Assembly (NCBI GenBank): GCA_038150305.1
Contig: JAYOTG010000008.1
Location: 8,380 to 72,379 of the forward strand
Reading direction: 5' to 3'
From: Candidatus Poseidoniales archaeon
Lineage (GTDB): Archaea; Thermoplasmatota; Poseidoniia; Poseidoniales; Poseidoniaceae
Length of the DNA stretch: 64,000 nucleotides
Positions 43,552 through 52,090 of this stretch are shown here, piece after piece. A program made the translations under genes and the position numbers. Under the pieces are notes generated by a model. That model was not told the DNA's origin and searched no databases. It worked only from the letters and a program-made list of their open reading frames with translations. Positions within the stretch are counted from its first letter, which is position 1. Every line of letters begins with the position of its first letter.

Positions 43552-46500
43552 CGGCCCAAGGTCTTCGCCTTCTGGCCCGCACAACCGAATCCCGCCGCGG
43601 GAGAAGGGGCACTTCTTGCACGGTTCTGCAGCGGCCGCCGCAAGCCTTGGCGGCTCCGGGACGGCCGCCGGATCAACCGACAACTGCGCCTTCCAGCGCA
43701 TGATCCGCTGCGCTTCGGCGCGGTGAGCGTCGTATTCCTCGGCCGTCATCTCGACCATGCGCCCAGTCGCCGCCACGAGCAGAGCGGGCGGCAGGACGGT
43801 CCGGCGCTGGGCCTCCGGCCGGCCGGCTTCCTGTGCTTCGAGCGCCATGGAGTAGAGGGTCAACTGGAGCGCGTAATGCTCCAATTCCTCACGTTCGGCT
43901 TGGGTGCGTCCGTCGTCCCCAATGGCGCTGAGGTCCTGCAGGGCGTGCCCTTCATTCACGTCATCAGGACGGTACGGGGCCAGGCAACCGGTGGTCTTCA
44001 GGTCAACCACCTGCAGGCAGGCGCCTGCCTCGTCGTCCTGCAGCGCGAGCACGAGGTCCATGCGTCCCTCGACTTCAGCGATGGGGCGTGGCACGGTGGC
44101 CACACTGGCGCGCCCTTCCCGCCTCCAACGCGTCACGGGCAAGGCTTCGCCGGCCACCTCAAGCATCGCAAAGAAGGGGTGCTCAGTCCTCAGGCCGTCG
44201 AGGAGACGGCCGTGCTGCTGCTCGCCAAGGGCCAAACCACCCAAGCGACCACGTTGAATCAAACCGAGCAGGTGCTTCATGCGCTCGAGGACGAGAGGGT
44301 GGTCGCTCATCACGAGGCCATGCTCTTCGAACACCCGCTGCAAAACGCCGTCGTCCAGCAAGCGGTCCGGTTGCCTTCCCGTCCATGAGGCGGGCAGCGG
44401 CGGCTGCGCTGCATCCTCCGCAGGGTTTTGCAAGCCGAGCTCGAGGACCCGGTGCATCATGGTGCCAAAGACGGTCGGGGCCGGCCAATCCACAGCGACC
44501 TCGTGCGCGTCGCTGCTGCGCGGCTTGACCTCGAGGCCGTCCTCGTCCGTGGTGGTCCGCTGTCCGAAGGCCTCCGGACGCCACCCTCGAACCCGCTCAA
44601 GCCAATGGCGGCGAGGGCACGCCTTCGCGGCATCGAGCCCGTGAGGCGTGACCCGCAAACGGTGATCCACGGACATGACGAGGTGCTCTTCTGGCGCCTC
44701 GACCTCCTCCAACCTGGCCAGCGTGGCCTCCAGACGACCCAAGGGCGTGGTCGTGGTCGGGTCAGAGGCCGCCTCGGGGTCGTGTACGATGAGCAAGGAA
44801 GGCACGCACGCTTCGCCCAGGCCCGCGTTCGCCAACAGGACCGCTGGATCAAGATGCAGGGCTTGCCCCTTCTCGATGGGCACGGGACACCACGGGGAAT
44901 CGTCGCCGTCGACCGATTGACCAAGTTCAGCAAGGGCTTCCATCCAGTGGTCGCCGAAGGTTCGGGTCGAGGCTTCGCTGATGGGAAGGGTCAGGCACCC
45001 TGAATCGTCCACCGTGGCCTTCTCAGGAGCACCGGCCACGATGAGGTGACGCTCAACGCGCGTCAGGGCCACGTAGAATTGGCGGGCACGCTCGGCCTTG
45101 GCCTGCGCATCGCCCAGTCCTTTCGCCATCCGCCACAAGCCGTCGTTCGGCGCGGGCAAAGAGGGCCAAGGCCGCGGTCGAGCCACGACCAAATCGGGTA
45201 AGACGCGGACGTTGTCGCGTGCTTCTTGGCTCGCGTCTTGACGACCTGCTGAAAACAGACCGGCCACCACCACCACGTCGCGTTCAAGGCCCTTGGCGTT
45301 GTGAATCGTCATGATTTCCACCGCGCCACCTGAGGGCTCCACAATGGCTGGAGGGCCGTCGCGCTGAAGGCCGGCAAGGGCGGTCAAGCGCTCGTGGAGG
45401 ACCACAGGGTCGCTGCCTTCGGACTGGCTCATGCCACGCACCATCAGGGCGAAGCGCTCGGCATGTTGGCGCTCGGCATCGGTGCATTGGGCCACGAGAA
45501 GATCGGATTCGTCCAGCAAGGTGTCAATGACGGCATGGATGGCGCCTGCCTCCGCAAGGGCCTGACATCGACGTGCCACCTCGGCGTGATGATTTGGCGC
45601 CACGGTCAGGGCCTGCCAAACGTTGCCCGATGCTTCCAAGCGTGCGAACGCCTCGGGCAGGGTGGCGTCGTCCAAACCGAAGGCGCACGAGCGTGCAAGG
45701 ACCGCCAGAGCGTGCGCAGAATCGGGGCGAGCCAAGGCTTCGACGGCCGCGACCAGAGGCTGAACCACGGCTTGCTCGAGCAGGTTGCCTTGGCGGTCGA
45801 CCATCACCGGAACGCCCCGTGCGCGCAGCCGGTCGACAAGGTCGGCCGAACGGGAGCGCGCGTGCACGAGAACGAGAACCTGTGCGGGATCCACGGGCCC
45901 GTCACCGTCAACTTCGGTCCCGTCGCTGAGACGGATGGGGGTGCCCATCACCAAGGCCGCGATGCGCGCCGCGATGAGCTCGTTCTCAAGATGGACCGCC
46001 TTCGAGCGCGGGTCGTTGAACGGCGACAGCGGGACGTTGAGGTCGTCGCTGACCGTGCCGTCCTCACGCCGGACCGGAACCAACCATTCCATGCGTGGCG
46101 TGCCCTCGACGACCGCCATCGGATCCAAGCGTTGCGGGTCGGCGTACCATTCCCCGTCCATGCTTCGACTTGAGGGGCCGAGAACGGTTTGGAACACCCC
46201 GTTCAGGGTCTCCATCACCACGGGAGCAGTTCGGAAATTTTCGTCCAATTCGATGTGCCCCTCGCTTCGGCGTGCCACCACCGCTTCATCGGCGGGAACG
46301 CCGGGTCGCAAGACGCCATAATGGACGATGCCCCAGGGGCGCCCCGCTTCACCCGGTACGTGCTCGGTTGCTTCGTGGTAGTTGCCCGCCACCCCACCGT
46401 CTCCTTCAGGGCGCGGATCGCGTCCTGCGCCTTCGGTGCGGTACGGCGCCAAGCGGGGCTCGTCAGCCTCCAAGCGGTTCATGCATCGGATGGCAGTGGT

Positions 46501-48432
46501 GGTGGAGCGCATGACGCGCACGTCGGCTTGGCGGAAACGGTAGATGGACTGCTTCATGTCGCCGACCACGCACACCGTCGGGTCCCACAGGCTCTGTGGG
46601 CCACTTGGCTCATCTTTCGTTCGATGACGCGGCCCCCACAGTCGAGCCAGCAGGCGCAGGTGTGCAGGGTTGGTGTCCTGAAACTCATCGATGATGAAGG
46701 CCCGGAATTCACGGCGCAGCCGCTTGAGACGATACCACCAGCGCTGGATCTCTTCGACCAACGCCGTGTCTTCACCGGCCAGAACGATGGCCCGTTCAAC
46801 GTGCGCGTCGTTCCAAGGGCCCTGCTCCCCGTCCGGAGAAACGACGGCTGGATGGTCAAGGGCGCGCACCACGTCTTCGGGCCACACGCCGCGATGGGCC
46901 TCAGGGCAGCGGGCCAAGAGTAGGTCGGCCGCCATGCGCTGGACGTCCTCGAAATCGATGAGCCCTCGCTCGGCCTTGATGATGTTGAGGGCCCGTCCGT
47001 TGGCTTCGTGCACCACGAACACGTCCTCCATCAGCCCAGCCGCAAAGGATGCTCCCGTGCACAGGCTGCCTTCAGGCGGCGCGACCGGGAGCGGATGGTC
47101 GAGGGTCGAGGGCCAAAGATCGGCTTCTGAAGGAACGAAGGTGTAGGCGAGTCCTGGTTCGAGTTCCAAGGCCGCCGTGGCCAAGGTCGCCCACCAGCGG
47201 TGTTGAGGGTCCTCGAACAGCGCGACGATGTCGGCTTTGCACGCCTCGAGGCCATCGATGTACGCCAACTTGGCCTCATCGGCGTTCTTGCTCCGCTTTG
47301 GCGCACCGCAGCCTGCGGGCCAACCGCCGTCCTTTGGTAAGGCGTTGCTCGGGAAGCACGAGGCAAACAGCCCCTTGGAGAGGTTCGTCTCGCTCATGAC
47401 GATGCGCAGTGCACCGTACAACCAGCGGAGTTGACCCCAAGCGTCCTCGGGAAAATCTTGATCGCACCAGCGGCGCAATTCACGGAAACGTGTTTGATCG
47501 TGACCCAACGCCGTTTCCTTTGGCACGACGTGGTCCTGAGCCCGCGTCAACACGTGGCCATGCCAAGCCAGAAGCGCTTGGCGAAGGTCGGTCAAGAACG
47601 ACGTCAACGCCGGGCCATCAGCCAACGCAGCCACCATCGCCCGGAGGCTGGCCTCGTCCACGGGTTGCCCATGGGTGGACGCGTGGAGTTCCCGCCGTGC
47701 TTCGGCCACGAAAGCACCGTTCCGCAGCATGGCGCTGAACACGCGATGCGCGGCGCCATGACCGCCCAACGCGGAAGCCACGCGGTCGCGCGCTTCGATG
47801 ATCGCGCTCCCGTTTGGGATTTGGAACGCGGTGGCGTCGGTTGGATTCCGGAGTCGCCACACGGCCGCGATCGCGGTGTCGTGCAGCGTTTCCATGCCTT
47901 CTTCTGGCACGTGCCCATCGACCCTGCGCGGCATCAACTCGTCGATGTAAGGCGCAACGAGGCGGTTCAGGAAGGCGTCAATGGTGGTCACCGGGGCGTC
48001 GTCGAGCAGCGACGACAGGAGGTCCACCACGCCCTCTGCTCGGCCGCGCCACCGCACGTCGACGATGCCCTCATCGTCGCCTTCAACGGCCTCGCCACGG
48101 ATCGCGGTGATGCGCCGCTTGATGCGTGAGCGCAGGGCTGCTGCAGCTTTGCGGGTGAACGTGATGGCCACGACCTCGGTCGGCAAGAGGCCGGGCCAGG
48201 CCTCTGGGGTCAGCCGGTCCCGCGGAGCGGCCAGCGAGGCTCCGGCACCGGGGCGGTTTGGCCGCGTCCCGGCAGGCGTGAGCAGGGTCGCGCGCTGTGC
48301 TGCGGTCAGCAAGTGCTGCACGTAGCGCTCGGCCATCACCGTGGTCTTCCCCGTGCCGGCGCCGGCGTCCAGCACGATGTGGCGGTCGAGGTCCAAGCCA
48401 AGCCGTTGGGCGTGGCGGAACGGGTGCTGCAT
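43546..48432 (-). CDS. addA: AddA/AdnB-like UvrD helicase with C-terminal PD-(D/E)XK nuclease
   Basis: AGAGTGKT, AITFTRKAA, IIDEFQDT, VGDMKQSIYRFRQAD, MTIHNAKGLE, YVALTR; nuclease GRMD/VDLKT/QLTLY; TGATG coupling to the upstream gene. Confidence 0.9.
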   Translation of the reverse strand: MQHPFRHAQRLGLDLDRHIVLDAGAGTGKTTVMAERYVQHLLTAAQRATLLTPAGTRPNRPGAGASLAAPRDRLTPEAWPGLLPTEVVAITFTRKAAAALRSRIKRRITAIRGEAVEGDDEGIVDVRWRGRAEGVVDLLSSLLDDAPVTTIDAFLNRLVAPYIDELMPRRVDGHVPEEGMETLHDTAIAAVWRLRNPTDATAFQIPNGSAIIEARDRVASALGGHGAAHRVFSAMLRNGAFVAEARRELHASTHGQPVDEASLRAMVAALADGPALTSFLTDLRQALLAWHGHVLTRAQDHVVPKETALGHDQTRFRELRRWCDQDFPEDAWGQLRWLYGALRIVMSETNLSKGLFASCFPSNALPKDGGWPAGCGAPKRSKNADEAKLAYIDGLEACKADIVALFEDPQHRWWATLATAALELEPGLAYTFVPSEADLWPSTLDHPLPVAPPEGSLCTGASFAAGLMEDVFVVHEANGRALNIIKAERGLIDFEDVQRMAADLLLARCPEAHRGVWPEDVVRALDHPAVVSPDGEQGPWNDAHVERAIVLAGEDTALVEEIQRWWYRLKRLRREFRAFIIDEFQDTNPAHLRLLARLWGPRHRTKDEPSGPQSLWDPTVCVVGDMKQSIYRFRQADVRVMRSTTTAIRCMNRLEADEPRLAPYRTEGAGRDPRPEGDGGVAGNYHEATEHVPGEAGRPWGIVHYGVLRPGVPADEAVVARRSEGHIELDENFRTAPVVMETLNGVFQTVLGPSSRSMDGEWYADPQRLDPMAVVEGTPRMEWLVPVRREDGTVSDDLNVPLSPFNDPRSKAVHLENELIAARIAALVMGTPIRLSDGTEVDGDGPVDPAQVLVLVHARSRSADLVDRLRARGVPVMVDRQGNLLEQAVVQPLVAAVEALARPDSAHALAVLARSCAFGLDDATLPEAFARLEASGNVWQALTVAPNHHAEVARRCQALAEAGAIHAVIDTLLDESDLLVAQCTDAERQHAERFALMVRGMSQSEGSDPVVLHERLTALAGLQRDGPPAIVEPSGGAVEIMTIHNAKGLERDVVVVAGLFSAGRQDASQEARDNVRVLPDLVVARPRPWPSLPAPNDGLWRMAKGLGDAQAKAERARQFYVALTRVERHLIVAGAPEKATVDDSGCLTLPISEASTRTFGDHWMEALAELGQSVDGDDSPWCPVPIEKGQALHLDPAVLLANAGLGEACVPSLLIVHDPEAASDPTTTTPLGRLEATLARLEEVEAPEEHLVMSVDHRLRVTPHGLDAAKACPRRHWLERVRGWRPEAFGQRTTTDEDGLEVKPRSSDAHEVAVDWPAPTVFGTMMHRVLELGLQNPAEDAAQPPLPASWTGRQPDRLLDDGVLQRVFEEHGLVMSDHPLVLERMKHLLGLIQRGRLGGLALGEQQHGRLLDGLRTEHPFFAMLEVAGEALPVTRWRREGRASVATVPRPIAEVEGRMDLVLALQDDEAGACLQVVDLKTTGCLAPYRPDDVNEGHALQDLSAIGDDGRTQAEREELEHYALQLTLYSMALEAQEAGRPEAQRRTVLPPALLVAATGRMVEMTAEEYDAHRAEAQRIMRWKAQLSVDPAAVPEPPRLAAAAAEPCKKCPFSRGGIRLCGPEGEDLGPL

Positions 48433-51400
48433 CAGCGGCCACCTCCAAGATGAGCCACGCCACACGCCGAGGCGACCGAACAGGTTGAGCACGCTTTGGA
48501 CGGCGTGGGGTTCACGTGACCTTCGCCAGCCGCCTGCACCGCCTTGGCCATGGTCAGCGCGCGCTCCTCCAGCCACCGACGGAAGGAGGAGGAGGAGGTC
48601 CCGTCACCCAGTGTGGCCGGGTGCGTTTGCCACACGTGCGAGGTCACCTGCCCGAGCTCCAACCCTTCGAGCACCTCGCTCCATGCGGTGTCCACCTCGA
48701 CATGGTGCCACGTCGCTGCACCCACGGACGAAATGCCGACGCCAATGACGCGGTCGTTGGGGCGCGCAGCCTCCCACGCGAGGGCGTATGCCGCCAGTTG
48801 AACCTCGTCGTAAAGGGCCCGGAGATGACGCTCCTGCTCCTTTCCTCGCCGTGGCCCGATGACGCTCTTGACGTCGCGAAGGATGACCAGGCGCTCGGGC
48901 CCTTCCTCGCCGATGAGCCCCGCCTCGATGGCCGCTTGTCGGCGGGCCTCGTCCAGGATGACCTCATCGGCACGGTCGATACGGCAACGGAGCGGTTGGG
49001 GCTCAACGTTATCGCTCAAGCGCACCGTTGGCACCTCACCCTGATCGTTGACGATGGCCCATTCCGTCGCGAGTGGAGCCACGCCCGAAAGGCGCGCATC
49101 AGCCTGCAGCAAACGCCCCAGCTCGCCTTGTGGCGTGCTGGCGGGGCCGGGCGTGGTGGCGCCTGCTGGTGCATCGCCCATCGCCGCACGGCGTCGATGC
49201 ATCGCAACAGCGTCGGTTCGTCCAAGCCACGGCGTTTGCTCGAACACCGCATTGATGACGTCAATCCAATGGGCGTTGATGTCGTCAGGAGAAAACGCAG
49301 AGAGATCTGACGTCCGCCATCCCTCCTCCGACCATGTGCCAAAGGCCCGGAGGGACGCTTCCTCGAACCGATGAACGAGGTCACCCTGCTCTCGACGATC
49401 CACGTCCTCAGCGCTCAGGTCCTCGCCGCTGACGCCGAAGGCTTGTTCCAACCATGCCTTTCGCGGGCACACCACCCATCCTTGCAAACGGCTGGGCGAC
49501 CATGCACTGGCCTCGTAACCTTGTGCTTCAGCACCAATGACCGCGTGCAATGCACCGTCGCCAAGGGTTGGAGGCGCGAGCGGACGAGGATCCATGGACA
49601 CCGAGACCACGTTTCCATTGAGGCGGAGGCCGAGGTGGGGCCAACCGTCCACCGACGCAACCTTCCGACCCTTGCCTATGGCCGAAGGAGTGGGCCGCAG
49701 GTTGAGCCGTGTGGTGGTCTGCAAACGGGCCGCGTCGCTCCAAGGCAGCACCTCGTTCGTTGCCAAGGCTTGAAGGTCGGGTTGACGGCGCTCACGGTCC
49801 TGAAGCACGTTCGGAGCGGCCGCGGCGAGGAGCGCTCCGCGGTTCACGGAAGCATGCAGGTCTCGACCGGCGTCGAGATCCAATCCGGTGCGTTGTCGCA
49901 CGTCCCTTCTGGCACGGCCCGCCCGCCCCGCTTGCCCGTTGCGGAAGCCACCAGGTCGAGGTTGAAGCGCCCCGTCGCCGTCGAGCGTCCACAGCCCATG
50001 GACGTCATCCCCTTCGTTGGTTGTGAACCAAGCGGGACCTGCGGTGTTCAACCCGGTCCAACGTCCGGTTCTGCGGACGTGAAGCAGCCACTCCGCAAGC
50101 GGCGGTGATGGACCTGCTCCTTCTTCTGCTGAGGTGTCGAACACGACGGTAGAAGAGCTGAACGCCACGAGTTGGGCCAGGGCGTAGCGGGCTCGACGGA
50201 TGGGCAAATCTCCGTCGAAAAGCCCGAGACTCACGCGGCTGGCGCGGTCGCACCACGGCAAATCAGCAGGACGCATGGACCACGCTTCGTCGTCAAGGCC
50301 GCTCAGCACGGTGAGGCCACTCGGGCGTCCAAGCGCCTCGTCCACGGAAGTGACGATCACGTCCGCGCCCTCCGCCCCAGCGGGTGCACGCGGAGGATCG
50401 CCTGCCATGACCTCCATCGCCTCAACGGCTTTGCCACCGCTCGCATCAGGTGCAAGCCCCACGTCAAGCCGTTCCTTCAGCAGATGGAGTCCGGCGACGC
50501 TGGCGTCGAAATTTGAGGTCCGAGATCGGAGCATGGACCAATCCGCGGCGTTGAGCATCATGTCGAACCATGCGTGCAGCGAGGTTGGAGGGGTCGGAAG
50601 AGGAAGGTTGGCTTCGCTGATCGGACCGACGGGAGCATCGCTGGCTTGAGCATCGGAGATGGGCGACCAGAGCGCAGCGATGCATTCCAGCCACCAGTAC
50701 GTTTCTTCGATCTGCTGACGTTGATGGGCCAAGCGCCCCCGATGCGGGTTCGGGCGCATGGTGCTCATGACACGCTGCCAGCGTCGAAGGGCCCCATGGC
50801 CTCCACGAAGGTGAGCCGTCCGGGCTACGGTGCGCAAGAGGTCAACGTGCCCACGTGGACGCCACGAGGCTTCCGAAGGGTGCGTCAACGCTCCGGTTTT
50901 GGCCATCTCAAAGCCAAGGGAAGCACCCCCGGCCAGTTCGATGAGGTCTTCGACGCTCCACGCCTCTGGTCCAGAGCCGGCCTTCGCAGCCCGCAACATC
51001 CCGCTCACGGCCCGTGAGGGAGAGGGTGAAGCGCGATGGCTGACGGTCAGACCGTGACCACGGAGTTCGTCCACCATGGCGTCGCGTCGCCCTTCGTCCG
51101 CATCGACGATCATGACTGGCCCCTCCATTCCAGCAGCACGGTGCTGCAGCGCGAGGTCGACCGCGGCCATGGGGCCATGGCTGCGGCGCTGCAAGGCCAC
51201 GCGCTGCACGCCTTCGACGTGCGCATCGACGACGTCCCAGCCCCGCGCGTCGACGACCGCGGGTTCATGGTGCGGAAGCCATGCCGGAACATCGGTTGCT
51301 GCAGCAACAGGATGGACGTCCGCCAAAATGGCGCCACCAAATCCCGTACGCATGGCGCCAGGCGTTCGCAAAACGTGCACGTCAACGAAGCGCTCGACGG

Positions 51401-52004
51401 CGGCGAACAAGGCAACCACGGAAGCGCCGTGATCGGGTGGAGCAGGAAGAAGAAGGATGCCGTCCACGTTCGCAAGCATGAACGGTGGAGCGTTCATGTC
51501 TCGCTTCTCGAGGCTTTCCGTGACGTGCCGCGTGACCAAGCCCGGATGAAGCCGGCCGGACGCCGCTTCCACCTGTTCGATGGCTTCAGCAAAGGGACCC
51601 AAGCCAGGATCGTCGTCCCAAGCCGCCTGCTCCAAACCTTCCTCAGCCAGGCGGTCATGCAGCCTGAGCAGGCGCTCCGTTCGTCCAATGCTCCACGTGG
51701 AGGCAGGCAGCAAGAAGGCACCAGATTCGGCCAAGGCGTGGCACGCTTCATTCAACGCGAGCAGGTGAAGCGCGGGGTCCGCGTGTGCTTCGGGAAGGCC
51801 AACGTCCGCGCGGAGGTGACGCAAAAAGCGTCCAAGCGTGGTGATGCGCGATGCATCAATCCCGCCACCGTCCCGTGCCATGCGACGCACGTGATGGCGG
51901 CGCTCGCCTTCTGTCGCGCAGATGACGAGAACGGATTCCCGGGACATCGCCTCGTCCACCCACGATGGGAGTGGGCCGAAGGGAACGACCTCGAGGGACG
52001 GCAT
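48432..52004 (-). CDS. addB: AddB-like inactive helicase with C-terminal Fe-S PD-(D/E)XK nuclease
   Basis: No Walker A; SPSRL..CP, RIDRAD, RDVKS, QLAAY, CSTCSVASAC. Confidence 0.85.
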   Translation of the reverse strand: MPSLEVVPFGPLPSWVDEAMSRESVLVICATEGERRHHVRRMARDGGGIDASRITTLGRFLRHLRADVGLPEAHADPALHLLALNEACHALAESGAFLLPASTWSIGRTERLLRLHDRLAEEGLEQAAWDDDPGLGPFAEAIEQVEAASGRLHPGLVTRHVTESLEKRDMNAPPFMLANVDGILLLPAPPDHGASVVALFAAVERFVDVHVLRTPGAMRTGFGGAILADVHPVAAATDVPAWLPHHEPAVVDARGWDVVDAHVEGVQRVALQRRSHGPMAAVDLALQHRAAGMEGPVMIVDADEGRRDAMVDELRGHGLTVSHRASPSPSRAVSGMLRAAKAGSGPEAWSVEDLIELAGGASLGFEMAKTGALTHPSEASWRPRGHVDLLRTVARTAHLRGGHGALRRWQRVMSTMRPNPHRGRLAHQRQQIEETYWWLECIAALWSPISDAQASDAPVGPISEANLPLPTPPTSLHAWFDMMLNAADWSMLRSRTSNFDASVAGLHLLKERLDVGLAPDASGGKAVEAMEVMAGDPPRAPAGAEGADVIVTSVDEALGRPSGLTVLSGLDDEAWSMRPADLPWCDRASRVSLGLFDGDLPIRRARYALAQLVAFSSSTVVFDTSAEEGAGPSPPLAEWLLHVRRTGRWTGLNTAGPAWFTTNEGDDVHGLWTLDGDGALQPRPGGFRNGQAGRAGRARRDVRQRTGLDLDAGRDLHASVNRGALLAAAAPNVLQDRERRQPDLQALATNEVLPWSDAARLQTTTRLNLRPTPSAIGKGRKVASVDGWPHLGLRLNGNVVSVSMDPRPLAPPTLGDGALHAVIGAEAQGYEASAWSPSRLQGWVVCPRKAWLEQAFGVSGEDLSAEDVDRREQGDLVHRFEEASLRAFGTWSEEGWRTSDLSAFSPDDINAHWIDVINAVFEQTPWLGRTDAVAMHRRRAAMGDAPAGATTPGPASTPQGELGRLLQADARLSGVAPLATEWAIVNDQGEVPTVRLSDNVEPQPLRCRIDRADEVILDEARRQAAIEAGLIGEEGPERLVILRDVKSVIGPRRGKEQERHLRALYDEVQLAAYALAWEAARPNDRVIGVGISSVGAATWHHVEVDTAWSEVLEGLELGQVTSHVWQTHPATLGDGTSSSSFRRWLEERALTMAKAVQAAGEGHVNPTPSKACSTCSVASACGVAHLGGGR

Positions 52005-52090
52005 GCGCAGAAGACGCCGTCAGGGTTCTTGAACACCTTGCGCGGTGTGGACGGTGCTGCTTCAAAAGGGCTCACGGTTCATGTTTGAAG

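Noticed and set aside
48432..49520. Cas4-like Fe-S nuclease suggesting CRISPR-Cas
   Set aside because: It is the C-terminal domain of the AddB-like protein; no cas1/cas2 or repeat-spacer array was seen in the window.
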